Assembly: GCA_963530195.1 (NCBI GenBank)
Contig: CAUSCW010000004.1
Coordinates: forward strand, 5,937 to 69,936
Reading direction: 5' to 3'
From: an uncultured Campylobacter sp.
GTDB lineage: Bacteria; Campylobacterota; Campylobacteria; Campylobacterales; Campylobacteraceae
Length of the DNA: 64,000 bases
Part shown: positions 38,754-48,397 of the stretch, piece by piece
How the letters are laid out: the number at the start of each line of letters is the position of its first letter
Position numbering within the stretch: position 1 is the stretch's first letter
Position numbers and translations under genes: made by a program
Notes under the pieces: model-generated
What the model saw: only the letters and a program-made list of their open reading frames with translations
Told to the model about the DNA's origin: nothing
The model's database searches: none

Positions 38754-40377
38754 AGAATTTTTGCAAAATCGCCCGATTTATTACAAAAAAATCGACTATG
38801 AGCGCTTCCCACGGGCGTATGCTGCCATTAAAGATAAAATTCCGCTCAAAAACGTCATCCAGATCATCGGCACCAATGGTAAGGGCAGCACCGGGCGGTT
38901 TTTGGCTAATGCGATCGCCGCAGCGGGCTTTAACGTCGGGCACTACACCAGCCCGCATGTTTTTAGGCTCAACGAGCGCATCTATCTAGGCGGACGCATC
39001 GCGCAAAGCCCTGTTTTTGCGTTAAATTCAGGCGCTTCAAATTTTAAAAACGAGCAAAATTCCGCTTCGGCGTCAAATTTTACGGAAAAACAAAATTCCG
39101 CAAAGATGCAAAATTTTACGAGCAGAGAAAATTCCGCCTCTCAAATTTCTATTTCTAATTTGCAAAATTCCGCCACGCAGGATTTTATCGCCACGCAGAA
39201 TTTGCATAGCGAGCAGAATTCTGCCTTGCAAAGCTTCGTTTCTACCACGCAAAATTTTTGTAGCGAGCAGAATTTTATTGCGCGAAATTCCATAGATACG
39301 CAAAATTTTGCTTCTACACAAAATTTATGGAATTCGCAAGATCTCAAATCGTCGTCTGAGCAAAATTTAAAATTCTCGACGGAGCAAAATTTTAAATCTC
39401 AGCTAAGATCAAATTCCAAACCCGCTCAAAGCTCGCTTCCCATTTCGCTAGGTCGTGATGCTACGGATGAGGAGCTTGATTTCGCGCATGAGTTTTTGCA
39501 AGAGAGCTTGCCTGCGGAGTTTAAAGATAGCCTGTCGTATTTCGAGTATCTCACGCTTGGGGCGGCAGTGATCTTTAAAGATTGCGATTACTGCGTGATC
39601 GAGGCTGGGATGGGCGGCGAGTTTGACGCTACGTCGAGCTTCGGGCGCACGCTGTCGCTTTTTACACCGATCGGTACCGATCATTTGGGCATGCTAGGAC
39701 AAAATCTAGAGCAGATCGCCCACACCAAGCTCATTACTATGGATAAAGAGGCGATTTTAAGCGATGAGATGAGCGAGGTTCCGCTTCGTATCGCGCAGCA
39801 GATCGCAGAGCAAAAAGGAACTCATTTGAGGTTTGCAGCAGAGCTTTTAAGCGAGAGTGAGCGAGCGCAGATTGCGGAATTTTGCGCGCACAATAATCTG
39901 CCTAAATTTCAAATTTCAAATTTAGCCCTAGCGCTTGCCGCGATGAAATTTTTAAATCTGAAATTTGAAATTCCGCAGCTGCCACCTCTAAATTTACGTG
40001 GCAGGATGGAAATTTTGGCGCCGAATTTGCGCGTGGATGTTGGACACAACGAGCTTGCGGCGCAGCGAGTCGCCCGCGAAATTACCGAAATCTACGGGGG
40101 CAAAAAAATCGTGCTGATTTACAATGCTTTTGCCGATAAGGACGTGGCTGCGGTGCTGCGGACTTTAGCGCCTGTAGTGGAGCGCGTGGAGATCTTTAAC
40201 TACGAGGTTGCGGATCGCGAAATGGCGGCAGAGGCGATAATCCGTGCGCTTGACGCGCTTAAAATTCCGCATTCACCGTTTCGCGGCGAGCTTAGAGCGG
40301 ATGAGGAGTATTTGGTTTTCGGCTCGTTTCATTTAGTAGAAAATTTCATTTTATGGCTTGAGGCGCGCCGTGGCTAA
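38734..40377 (+). CDS. folC: Folylpolyglutamate/dihydrofolate synthase with ~150-aa QN-rich insert
   Basis: IGTNGKGS, HYTSPH, EAGMGG, LRGRME, DVGHN; probable TTG start at 38734 after AGGGG. Confidence 0.9.
   Translation: MSGHSIKEFLQNRPIYYKKIDYERFPRAYAAIKDKIPLKNVIQIIGTNGKGSTGRFLANAIAAAGFNVGHYTSPHVFRLNERIYLGGRIAQSPVFALNSGASNFKNEQNSASASNFTEKQNSAKMQNFTSRENSASQISISNLQNSATQDFIATQNLHSEQNSALQSFVSTTQNFCSEQNFIARNSIDTQNFASTQNLWNSQDLKSSSEQNLKFSTEQNFKSQLRSNSKPAQSSLPISLGRDATDEELDFAHEFLQESLPAEFKDSLSYFEYLTLGAAVIFKDCDYCVIEAGMGGEFDATSSFGRTLSLFTPIGTDHLGMLGQNLEQIAHTKLITMDKEAILSDEMSEVPLRIAQQIAEQKGTHLRFAAELLSESERAQIAEFCAHNNLPKFQISNLALALAAMKFLNLKFEIPQLPPLNLRGRMEILAPNLRVDVGHNELAAQRVAREITEIYGGKKIVLIYNAFADKDVAAVLRTLAPVVERVEIFNYEVADREMAAEAIIRALDALKIPHSPFRGELRADEEYLVFGSFHLVENFILWLEARRG
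39024..39416 (+). repeat. 18-bp-period RAATTY tandem array inside folC
   Basis: 21 RAATTY words by hand count; exact 18-bp spacing at 39039, 39057, 39075, 39093, 39111, 39129. Confidence 0.9.
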
Positions 40378-41263
40378 AACTAAACTCACCCTAAGCGATC
40401 ACTTTGGCACCAAGACGCTGTATTTTGGCGAGAATTTTAGATTTCAACTTAAAATTTTATCCGCGTTTTTCGTAATTTTTCTGCTCGTCCTGTTTTTTGC
40501 GATCTTTAAACTCGCGAGCGACCGATCAAATTTAAAGGAGCTAAACAAAACCCTATACGCTGAAAATCTCGCGCTTAAAGAGCAAAATATCGCACTTGAG
40601 GGCAAAAACGAGGAGGTGCTTGCCAAGCTGGACGGACGCGAGGACGATGGAGGCGGACTGGATAGTGATATCCAGGTAATGCTTGCGATGAATGAGATGA
40701 AAAAGGAGCGCAAAAAAGGCTCCGGCGCGCATATCGCAGCTAGCGAAAAAACGGCTAGCGCGATTCTTAGCGCTGTGCCTAATGGACTTCCGATGCAGTA
40801 TCGCGGCGTCACTAGCCCTTTTGGGATGCGCACTCATCCAATCAGCGGCGTTATGAGGATGCACCACGGCATCGACCTGCGAGCGAGCGAGGGCACTCCG
40901 GTGTTTGCGACGGCAGAGGGCTTCGTGCAGTTTGCAGGCGGTAGCGGCAGCGGATATGGAATTTTAGTGATTCTATCGCACAATTACGGCTTTGAGACCC
41001 GTTACGGCCACCTTAGCTCCGCGGTCGTAACGCCCGGTTCTTGGGTTAAAAAGGGCGATCTCATCGGCTATAGCGGTAACACCGGCTATAGCACCGGCCC
41101 GCACCTGCATTACGAAGTTAGGTTTTTGGCTCAAAGCGTCGATCCTGCAAATTTTATGAGCTGGAACGCGCAGAATTTCAAAAATATCTCGACCTTGGAG
41201 CCTAACGTATCGTGGCAGGAGATCGCAAATGTCGTGCAGCATCAGATCGAAAGGTTTAAATAA
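40370..41263 (+). CDS. M23 family metallopeptidase (Csd1-like)
   Basis: HHGIDL, YGHL, STGPHLHYEV; N-terminal TM and coiled coil; likely GTG start. Confidence 0.88.
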   Translation: MAKTKLTLSDHFGTKTLYFGENFRFQLKILSAFFVIFLLVLFFAIFKLASDRSNLKELNKTLYAENLALKEQNIALEGKNEEVLAKLDGREDDGGGLDSDIQVMLAMNEMKKERKKGSGAHIAASEKTASAILSAVPNGLPMQYRGVTSPFGMRTHPISGVMRMHHGIDLRASEGTPVFATAEGFVQFAGGSGSGYGILVILSHNYGFETRYGHLSSAVVTPGSWVKKGDLIGYSGNTGYSTGPHLHYEVRFLAQSVDPANFMSWNAQNFKNISTLEPNVSWQEIANVVQHQIERFK

Positions 41264-44223
41264 TGCAAGCCGAGGTTTACGAATACTTTTTGCAAAACCG
41301 AAAAGAGCTTTTGATCTGCGAGGACGATAAAGAGGCTGCGGCGTGCGAGCAGGTGCTTAAATTTATGGGCTACGCGGCCTTTTGCCTACCCGATTTTAGA
41401 GCGAGCTTCGGCGAGGATCTGCGCAGCTACATGGGCGAGCTAGCGGGCATCAGCACCGCTCTTAGCGCGTTTTACAAAGCAAGCGGCAAAAAAATTTTAA
41501 TCTCGCCGGTTCGCACGATCCTAAATAAGCTCCCCGCCGCAAGCCATCTGCGCCCGCTAAATTTAAAATTTGGCGAAGAGTTAAACTTAAGCGAGCTGAA
41601 AGATGAAATTTTACGCCTGGGATACGACGTGCGCGACATCGTCGAAAGCATGGGCGAGGTGAGCTTCCGTGGCGAGATCATCGATATTTTTTCGGTAGGG
41701 AGCGAAAGCGCGGTTAGAATTCTACTCGACGGCGAGACGGTCGAGAGTATCAGGCGCTTTGACGTCGCGACGCAAAAAAGCGAAAAAGATGAGCTTGCGC
41801 AAGCCGAGATAGCGCCGTTTTTGGCAAATTTAAGCGAGGACGAGTTTGAGAGCGTGAGCGAAAAGATATCGCGCGTGGACAGCGACGCGCTAGCTCGCGA
41901 TCTGGGCTCGCTCGGGTTTTGGTTCATCGAGGGTTTTGTAGATTACACGAGCGCGTTTGATTGCGTCTTGCTGCACGAGATCAAAAAGGATGAAATTTTT
42001 TCCGAGCGCAATTTGGATTTTTTAGACGCGATCGAGGTACTGCCCGCGGCGCGTAAATTTAAAGACCTCGCCGTGACGCCGTCGCAGGAATTTTTTGAAT
42101 TTCACCGCAGCGAGGCTATCACGCTGATCGCGCGAAACGACGCTCTGCTCGCGCCGTTTGATCTTGGCGGATTTAGCAATATCGAAATTTTACGCGAGGA
42201 TTTCGTCGTAAATTTAATAAGCGCCGAGCGGATCATCCTTTCGCTAAACAAAGCGTCGCCTAAAAAGCGCGTAAGAAGATCGAGCCTAGCTCTGGATGAG
42301 CTAAACGTGGGCGATTTTGTCGTGCACGAAGATCACGGTATCGCTAAATTTAACGGGCTTGAACTCATCGAGGTGATGGGGTGCAGCAAGGAGTTCGTAT
42401 CCCTGCTCTACGAGGACGGCGACAAACTGCTGCTGCCGGTCGAGTATCTAAATAAGATCGACCGCTACGTCGCAAGCGGCGGCGCGGTAAGCTTGGATCA
42501 TCTGGGCAGAGCGAGCTTTTCAAAAATCAAAGAGCGAGTGCGCGAAAAGCTCTTTGCGATCGCTTCAAAGATCATCGCACTGGCTGCCAAGCGCGAGCTG
42601 GTGCGAGGGCTCGTCATCAAAAATGAAAGCGCGGATTATGCGAAATTTTTAAGCGCGAGCGGCTTTAGCTACACGAGCGATCAGCAAAAGGCTGTGAGCG
42701 CGATTTTGGCGGATCTGCAAAGCGGCAAGGTGATGGACCGCTTACTTAGCGGCGACGTGGGCTTTGGAAAGACCGAGGTTGCGATGAATGCGATCTTTGC
42801 CTGCATCCGAAGTGGGCATTCGGTACTGTTTTTCGTGCCTACGACGCTGCTTAGCTCTCAGCATTACGCCACGCTTAGCGAGCGCTTTAAGGAGTTTGAA
42901 ATTCCTGTTTTCAAGCTCGACCGCTTCAGTAGCGCGAGGCAAAAAAGTGAAATTTTAAAGCGCCTGCAAAGCGGCGAGGCGATCGTCGTGGTCGGTACGC
43001 ACTCGCTTTTAAATTTAAACCCCGCAAATTTAGGGCTCATAATCATCGATGAGGAGCATAAATTCGGCGTCAAGCAAAAGGAGCGGCTCAAAGAGAAAAG
43101 CGCCGCCTCACACCTGCTTAGTATGTCCGCGACGCCGATACCGCGCAGTCTGAATATGGCGCTAAGCTCGATCAAAAGCTACTCTACGCTGCTTAGTCCG
43201 CCGCAGGACCGCTTGGACGTGCGCACCTTCGTCAAGCAGTGGGACGAAAAGATCATAAAAGAGGCGATCTCGCGCGAGCTGCGACGCGGCGGGCAGATTT
43301 TTTACGTCCATAACCACATCGCGACGATGCAAAACGCCAAAAAGAAACTGCTTGAAATTTTGCCGAGCCTTAAAATTTTAATTTTGCACTCCAAGATCGA
43401 CGCTAAAACTACGGAGGATGAAATTTTAAAATTTGTAGCGGGCGGATACGATCTGCTACTTTGCACCAGCATCGTAGAAAGCGGCATTCATATGCCGCGC
43501 GTAAATACGATAATCGTCGAAAACGCCGATAAATTCGGTATCGCCGATCTGCACCAGCTGCGCGGTCGCGTCGGGCGCAGTAACAAACAGGGCTTTTGCT
43601 ACTTTTTGATCGAAGATAAAACCGCTCTTACGCAGGACGCGCTAAAACGGCTCGTAGCGCTTGAGAGCAACTCGTTTTTGGGCAGCGGCTCGGTGCTAGC
43701 GTATCACGATCTAGAGATTCGCGGCGGCGGAAATCTGCTCGGAGAGGCGCAGAGCGGGCATATCGAAGCGATCGGCTACTCGCTTTATCTAAAGATGCTC
43801 GAAGAGGAGATCGGCAAGCTGCTAAGCAGAAAAAGCGCCGCTGCGAGCGTGGAGCTTAAAATTTCCGTAAACGCCTTTTTAAACTCGGAATTTATCAGAG
43901 AGGATCGCCTGCGCTTGGATCTTTACCGGCGGCTTAGCAAGTGCGCAGAGGCGAGCGAAGTGCTTGAAATTTTTGGCGAGATCGAGGATCGCTTCGGGCG
44001 CGCGGACATTTACACTAAGCAATTCATAGACGTGATGATGATTAAGGTTTTGGCTACGAAGCTTGGCTTGCGCGTGATTTCGAGCATGGACGAAAATATC
44101 TTAATCACCCTTGCAAACGGCGATAAGGTGCGATTAAAGGCACAGACGCGCGACGATGACGACGTGATAAATGAAATTTTAATCTATCTGCGAAGGGAGC
44201 TAAAAAATGCGAACTTGCGATGA
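41263..44223 (+). CDS. mfd: Transcription-repair coupling factor
   Basis: GDVGFGKTEVA, DEEHKFG, QLRGRVGR, TRCF C-terminus. Confidence 0.96.
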   Translation: MQAEVYEYFLQNRKELLICEDDKEAAACEQVLKFMGYAAFCLPDFRASFGEDLRSYMGELAGISTALSAFYKASGKKILISPVRTILNKLPAASHLRPLNLKFGEELNLSELKDEILRLGYDVRDIVESMGEVSFRGEIIDIFSVGSESAVRILLDGETVESIRRFDVATQKSEKDELAQAEIAPFLANLSEDEFESVSEKISRVDSDALARDLGSLGFWFIEGFVDYTSAFDCVLLHEIKKDEIFSERNLDFLDAIEVLPAARKFKDLAVTPSQEFFEFHRSEAITLIARNDALLAPFDLGGFSNIEILREDFVVNLISAERIILSLNKASPKKRVRRSSLALDELNVGDFVVHEDHGIAKFNGLELIEVMGCSKEFVSLLYEDGDKLLLPVEYLNKIDRYVASGGAVSLDHLGRASFSKIKERVREKLFAIASKIIALAAKRELVRGLVIKNESADYAKFLSASGFSYTSDQQKAVSAILADLQSGKVMDRLLSGDVGFGKTEVAMNAIFACIRSGHSVLFFVPTTLLSSQHYATLSERFKEFEIPVFKLDRFSSARQKSEILKRLQSGEAIVVVGTHSLLNLNPANLGLIIIDEEHKFGVKQKERLKEKSAASHLLSMSATPIPRSLNMALSSIKSYSTLLSPPQDRLDVRTFVKQWDEKIIKEAISRELRRGGQIFYVHNHIATMQNAKKKLLEILPSLKILILHSKIDAKTTEDEILKFVAGGYDLLLCTSIVESGIHMPRVNTIIVENADKFGIADLHQLRGRVGRSNKQGFCYFLIEDKTALTQDALKRLVALESNSFLGSGSVLAYHDLEIRGGGNLLGEAQSGHIEAIGYSLYLKMLEEEIGKLLSRKSAAASVELKISVNAFLNSEFIREDRLRLDLYRRLSKCAEASEVLEIFGEIEDRFGRADIYTKQFIDVMMIKVLATKLGLRVISSMDENILITLANGDKVRLKAQTRDDDDVINEILIYLRRELKNANLR

Positions 44224-45190
44224 AAATATCAAAAAAAGCGCGAGCAAAAGCAGAAGTGAAGAGTCAAATTTAGACGCGGCGAGCGGTTTAAATTTAGCGT
44301 CGCAAACCGTCCTAAAAAGCGCACAGAGCGGCGCCGGCGAGCAAATTTATTTCAGCGATTTTAGCGCGATTGATTGGCGCACGGTACAGGTCGTCGTCTT
44401 TCGCGCGAATAAAAAGGCGCTAAAGATCGTCCGCGACATCGATTTTACCGATCTTGACGCGCTAGTGGGGCTAGAGAGCCAAAAATCGGCTCTTATAAAA
44501 AACACGGACGCCTTCCTGCGCGGCTGCAGTGCCAACCACGCGCTTTTGTGGGGCGAGAGCGGCTGCGGCAAATCAAGTCTTGCGAAGGCGGTTTTTTCTA
44601 AATTTATCCCGCAAGGCCTTAAGATCATCGAGATCGGCAGGGACGATCTGGGCTTTCTTGTGGGTATAATTGATGCGATCCGAGAAACGAACTTTAAATT
44701 TATCATCTTTTGCGACGACTTGAGCTTTGAGCTCGGCGAGAGCGGTTACAAGCACCTAAAACCGCTACTTGAAGGCTCACTGGAGCGCGCGCCGCGCAAC
44801 GTGCTGATGTATGCGACGTCCAACCGCCGCCACATCGTAGGCGAATGCGCAAGCGATAACGACGCCGCGCAGATAAGCTGCGGCGAGCTGCACCTAAGCG
44901 ACGCGGCGAACGAGCGAATCAGCCTTAGCGAGCGCTTTGGGCTACAGCTAAGCTTTTACGGCGGGAGCATGCAGGAGTATTTAGGGATCGTAGATGCCTA
45001 TTTTGCGGCTGCGCAAGGTATGAGTGCGGCGGAATTTCGCTTGAGCTTTGCCGCAAATTTAGACGAGCTGCACGCAAAGGCGCGGGAGTTTGCGATGCTT
45101 CGCGCAAGCCGAAGCGGTCGGGCGGCAAAGCAGTTTTTCTTGAGCTTTGGCGAGGAATTTTTTGCAAATTTAAAAGGCGGCGGCAGATGA
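44207..45190 (+). CDS. DUF815 family AAA+ ATP-binding protein
   Basis: WGESGCGKSSL, FCDDLSF, YATSNRRH, SLSERFG, RSGRAA. Confidence 0.88.
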   Translation: MRTCDENIKKSASKSRSEESNLDAASGLNLASQTVLKSAQSGAGEQIYFSDFSAIDWRTVQVVVFRANKKALKIVRDIDFTDLDALVGLESQKSALIKNTDAFLRGCSANHALLWGESGCGKSSLAKAVFSKFIPQGLKIIEIGRDDLGFLVGIIDAIRETNFKFIIFCDDLSFELGESGYKHLKPLLEGSLERAPRNVLMYATSNRRHIVGECASDNDAAQISCGELHLSDAANERISLSERFGLQLSFYGGSMQEYLGIVDAYFAAAQGMSAAEFRLSFAANLDELHAKAREFAMLRASRSGRAAKQFFLSFGEEFFANLKGGGR

Positions 45191-45312
45191 ATACGGCGCG
45201 CGAATTTAAATTTGGCGTAAATTTTATCGCAGTGCTAGAGTGCGCGCAAAAAATCGCCGTCGCCGCGCGAAATTTTAGAAACGATGCTAGAAATTTCGGA
45301 GGTACGAGATGA
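45187..45312 (+). CDS. Putative 41-aa coupling ORF
   Basis: MNTAREFKFGVNFIAVLECAQKIAVAARNFRNDARNFGGTR; ATGA overlaps with both neighbours. Confidence 0.4.
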   Translation: MNTAREFKFGVNFIAVLECAQKIAVAARNFRNDARNFGGTR

Positions 45313-46007
45313 GCGCGACCGAGCTTTTTATCGCGCTTTTTCGCGTCGTGAAAATCAAGGATTTTCGCTGGTGGCCCGCGTTTGGAAGCTTTGAGGTGGT
45401 CGTAGGGGCGATTTTGATCCAAAATACGGCGTGGCGCAATGCCGATGCGGCACTGCAAAACCTGCGTAGCAAGGAGCTTTTGAGCTTAGAAAGCATCGCC
45501 GGGCTAGACGAAGCGGAGCTTGCGGAGATCATCAAAGTAAGCGGATTTTATAATCAAAAAGCTAGGCGCCTAAGCTTGCTTTGCAAAGCGATAATCGCGG
45601 ATTTTGGGGATTTTGAGAGCTTCAAAGCGGGCGTTAGCCGCGAGTGGCTGCTAGCGCGCAAGGGGATCGGCGCGGAGAGCTGCGATGCGATCTTGTGCTA
45701 TGCGTGCGAGCGTGCGATGATGGTCGCAGACAGCTATTCGGCGCGGCTGCTCGGGGCTTTGGGCTATGAGTTTGAAAGTTACGACGAGCTTAGCGCGTGG
45801 CTCGGCGAGCTGGAATTTGAGCGGATCTATGAGTTTGTAAATTCCGCTAATTTTCCCTGCGATGCGGCGGCAAAAGCAGAGAAGCTGAAGAACGAAAACG
45901 GCGCGTATGCATTATTTCACGGGCTCATAGTGGAATTTTGTAAAGCGCATTTGAAAGGTAAAATTTTCGATGAGAGCGCGAAAATAATTTTAAATGATTT
46001 GAGGTAG
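45309..46007 (+). CDS. HhH-GPD family DNA glycosylase (endonuclease III-related)
   Basis: FEVVVGAILIQNTAW, SGFYNQKA, KGIGAESCDAILCY. Confidence 0.88.
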   Translation: MSATELFIALFRVVKIKDFRWWPAFGSFEVVVGAILIQNTAWRNADAALQNLRSKELLSLESIAGLDEAELAEIIKVSGFYNQKARRLSLLCKAIIADFGDFESFKAGVSREWLLARKGIGAESCDAILCYACERAMMVADSYSARLLGALGYEFESYDELSAWLGELEFERIYEFVNSANFPCDAAAKAEKLKNENGAYALFHGLIVEFCKAHLKGKIFDESAKIILNDLR

Positions 46008-46009
46008 AT

Positions 46010-48070
46010 ATGTTTAACACTAAAATTTTAGAAAATTTAATGGTTGCTTTTTGCTTTTGTATAACGCTTGCGTTACATTTACTGATATTTAACCATTACT
46101 TCTCACTCCAAGAAGGCTGGTGGGAAACCTATGCTTATTTAGTAAATAGGGGAGAGGTAATCAATAAAGATTTTTATCTAGCATGGACTCCGTTATTTGT
46201 ATATATAAACGCCTTCTATCAAAAAATATTCGGAATAAATTTTTTTGCTTTTGCCTGCATCGGTGTAGTAGCTGCAATGATACAGGTAATTTTATTGTAT
46301 TTGGTTTTAAGAGAATTTTTTTCAAAACCGGCTAGTGCTATAGGAGCTCTTTTTGCGACATTTTTAAATATAAACAGCGGTACTTATATTGCCAAAGATT
46401 ATCATACGTATGTATATATTACCGAATTTTTAACATTACTATTTTTGATAAAATATATAAAAAATTATAATTCTAACATAGGCAGATTTTATCATATAAT
46501 TGGAATTTTATTTTGTGTTTTATTGTTTTTTGTTAAACAAAATGTGGGCCTGGTCCTTTTTGCCGGTTTGTTTGTTGCATATGCTTTTGTTGCTATAAAC
46601 TTTAAAGATTATATAAAAAGAATTTGCTTTTTACTCATTATTTCGGCTATATTTTTTACTATCATGAATTTTATCATTCCTTTTAATTTATCTTCTATAA
46701 CAGAAAATGATTCCAAGGGCAGTTTTTTCGCTATGGCCACGAGATTTGCTACATATCCTTTAAACCAAACTATATTAAAAAATTCGCTTATTGTATCAAT
46801 GGTTGCACTTATCTTGTATATTATTAGATTAAAAATAGCAGAAATTTATACTAACCTATATAGAAAAATGATAGCCAAAACTACAATAGAATTTCGTATA
46901 TTAATGCTTATTATATTACATATAATTATAATATACTGTATGTTTGTCAGGATGAGTGGAATTGGAATAGAAATAAAGAATTTTATATCTCTTTCAATAG
47001 GTATTATTTTATTCTTACTGTATATATGCTTCAATAGAAATAATATAGTCGGTAATTCATCAAAGATATATGCCTTTATGATTGTAGCCATGGCCGCCAT
47101 ATCTTATTCGGGTACTTTGGCTGATGCTTTTACGGCGAGTGGTAATATGATATGTATAGCTTTTGCCAGCGCATTTATTATAAATATAAGTAGATTAAGA
47201 CAAATAAAATACATTACTATATATATACATTTAATAATAATATTTTTTATGTTTTTAGCAACTATAAGAATGCCGTATTATTGGAATTTCAATACTCAGG
47301 TAGATATCTTTAGCGCCAATTCTAAAAGTTTATACGCTCAGTTAGATGGTATTTATATGGATGAGCGGATATCAGATATTTTTGATTATTTTGATAAGTA
47401 TGTAGCTACTAAATCTAAAAACCAAAAAGATTTCTATTTTTTTAACTTTCCTATAATGTACTTATTGAATAATAAAATTCCACCGTATTATTTAGTAACT
47501 CATTGGCTAGATGTGTCATCGTCCAAGGCTATATCTAGGGAATATGATGAATTTGTCAAATCTCCTGCGCAAAATATTGTTATGTATCAATATCAGACAT
47601 TTTTCTTTACTGTGCACCGGAATTTTCAAGTTAAAAGCTCTTTTAAACAGCTTGATTTTCATGAAACCATGAATAAATGGGTGCAGGAAGGGAAATATAA
47701 ATTTATAAAGTCATTTGTAGTTCCATATGATAATGTGCCGGTCGAGGAAGAAAAAAACCATCTTCTTAAAAATATGTTGATTATTTTGCAAAATGAAAAA
47801 TTTTTCGGCATGGATAGGTCACAATTTACGGAGTGGTTAAAGGGAAACGGTATAACATTAGTTACTATTAGACGTGATAAAAAAATAGCTACTGACCAAA
47901 ATGACACAAAGCAAGAAGATGACCGTTTGCAAAATGGTGATGTATTACAAATGGATGGTAGTATCGTTGATCTGTGCAGGGTATTTCCAACTCTAGGAGT
48001 AGCTCCGACTGAAGCAACCTTTTTCAACACAATTAACGTATATGAAAAACAAGGAGATCGTAGTGAATAG
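46010..48070 (+). CDS. Multi-TM GT-C-fold glycosyltransferase (GtrC-like), copy 1
   Basis: About 11-13 TM, acidic first loop QEGWWETYA, FFVKQN, C-terminal soluble domain; low GC; upstream of gtrA/gtrB. Confidence 0.65.
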   Translation: MFNTKILENLMVAFCFCITLALHLLIFNHYFSLQEGWWETYAYLVNRGEVINKDFYLAWTPLFVYINAFYQKIFGINFFAFACIGVVAAMIQVILLYLVLREFFSKPASAIGALFATFLNINSGTYIAKDYHTYVYITEFLTLLFLIKYIKNYNSNIGRFYHIIGILFCVLLFFVKQNVGLVLFAGLFVAYAFVAINFKDYIKRICFLLIISAIFFTIMNFIIPFNLSSITENDSKGSFFAMATRFATYPLNQTILKNSLIVSMVALILYIIRLKIAEIYTNLYRKMIAKTTIEFRILMLIILHIIIIYCMFVRMSGIGIEIKNFISLSIGIILFLLYICFNRNNIVGNSSKIYAFMIVAMAAISYSGTLADAFTASGNMICIAFASAFIINISRLRQIKYITIYIHLIIIFFMFLATIRMPYYWNFNTQVDIFSANSKSLYAQLDGIYMDERISDIFDYFDKYVATKSKNQKDFYFFNFPIMYLLNNKIPPYYLVTHWLDVSSSKAISREYDEFVKSPAQNIVMYQYQTFFFTVHRNFQVKSSFKQLDFHETMNKWVQEGKYKFIKSFVVPYDNVPVEEEKNHLLKNMLIILQNEKFFGMDRSQFTEWLKGNGITLVTIRRDKKIATDQNDTKQEDDRLQNGDVLQMDGSIVDLCRVFPTLGVAPTEATFFNTINVYEKQGDRSE

Positions 48071-48397
48071 CTCCGTTAGAGATAAATTTGTATTAATACT
48101 GTGCTTGAGCATAATATTAATACCGCATCTCTTTATATTTGACCATTACTTCTCACTCCAAGAAGGCTGGTGGGAAACCTATGCTTATTTAGTAAATAGG
48201 GGAGAGGTAATCAATAAAGATTTTTATCTAGCATGGACTCCGTTATTTGTATATATAAACGCCTTCTATCAAAAAATATTCGGAATAAATTTTTTTGCTT
48301 TTGCCTGCATCGGTGTAGTAGCTGCAATGATACAGGTAATTTTATTGTATTTGGTTTTAAGAGAATTTTTTTCAAAACCGGCTAGTGCTATAGGAGC
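46092..48397 (+). repeat. 256-bp identical direct repeat shared by the two GT-C genes
   Basis: 46092-46347 equals 48142-48397, compared base by base (offset 2050). Confidence 0.95.

Noticed and set aside
39024..39416. CRISPR-like reading of the periodic arrays (also 6060-6250, 4713-4880)
   Set aside because: The conserved unit is only 6 bp with ~12-bp linkers, often inside an open frame, and no cas genes are present
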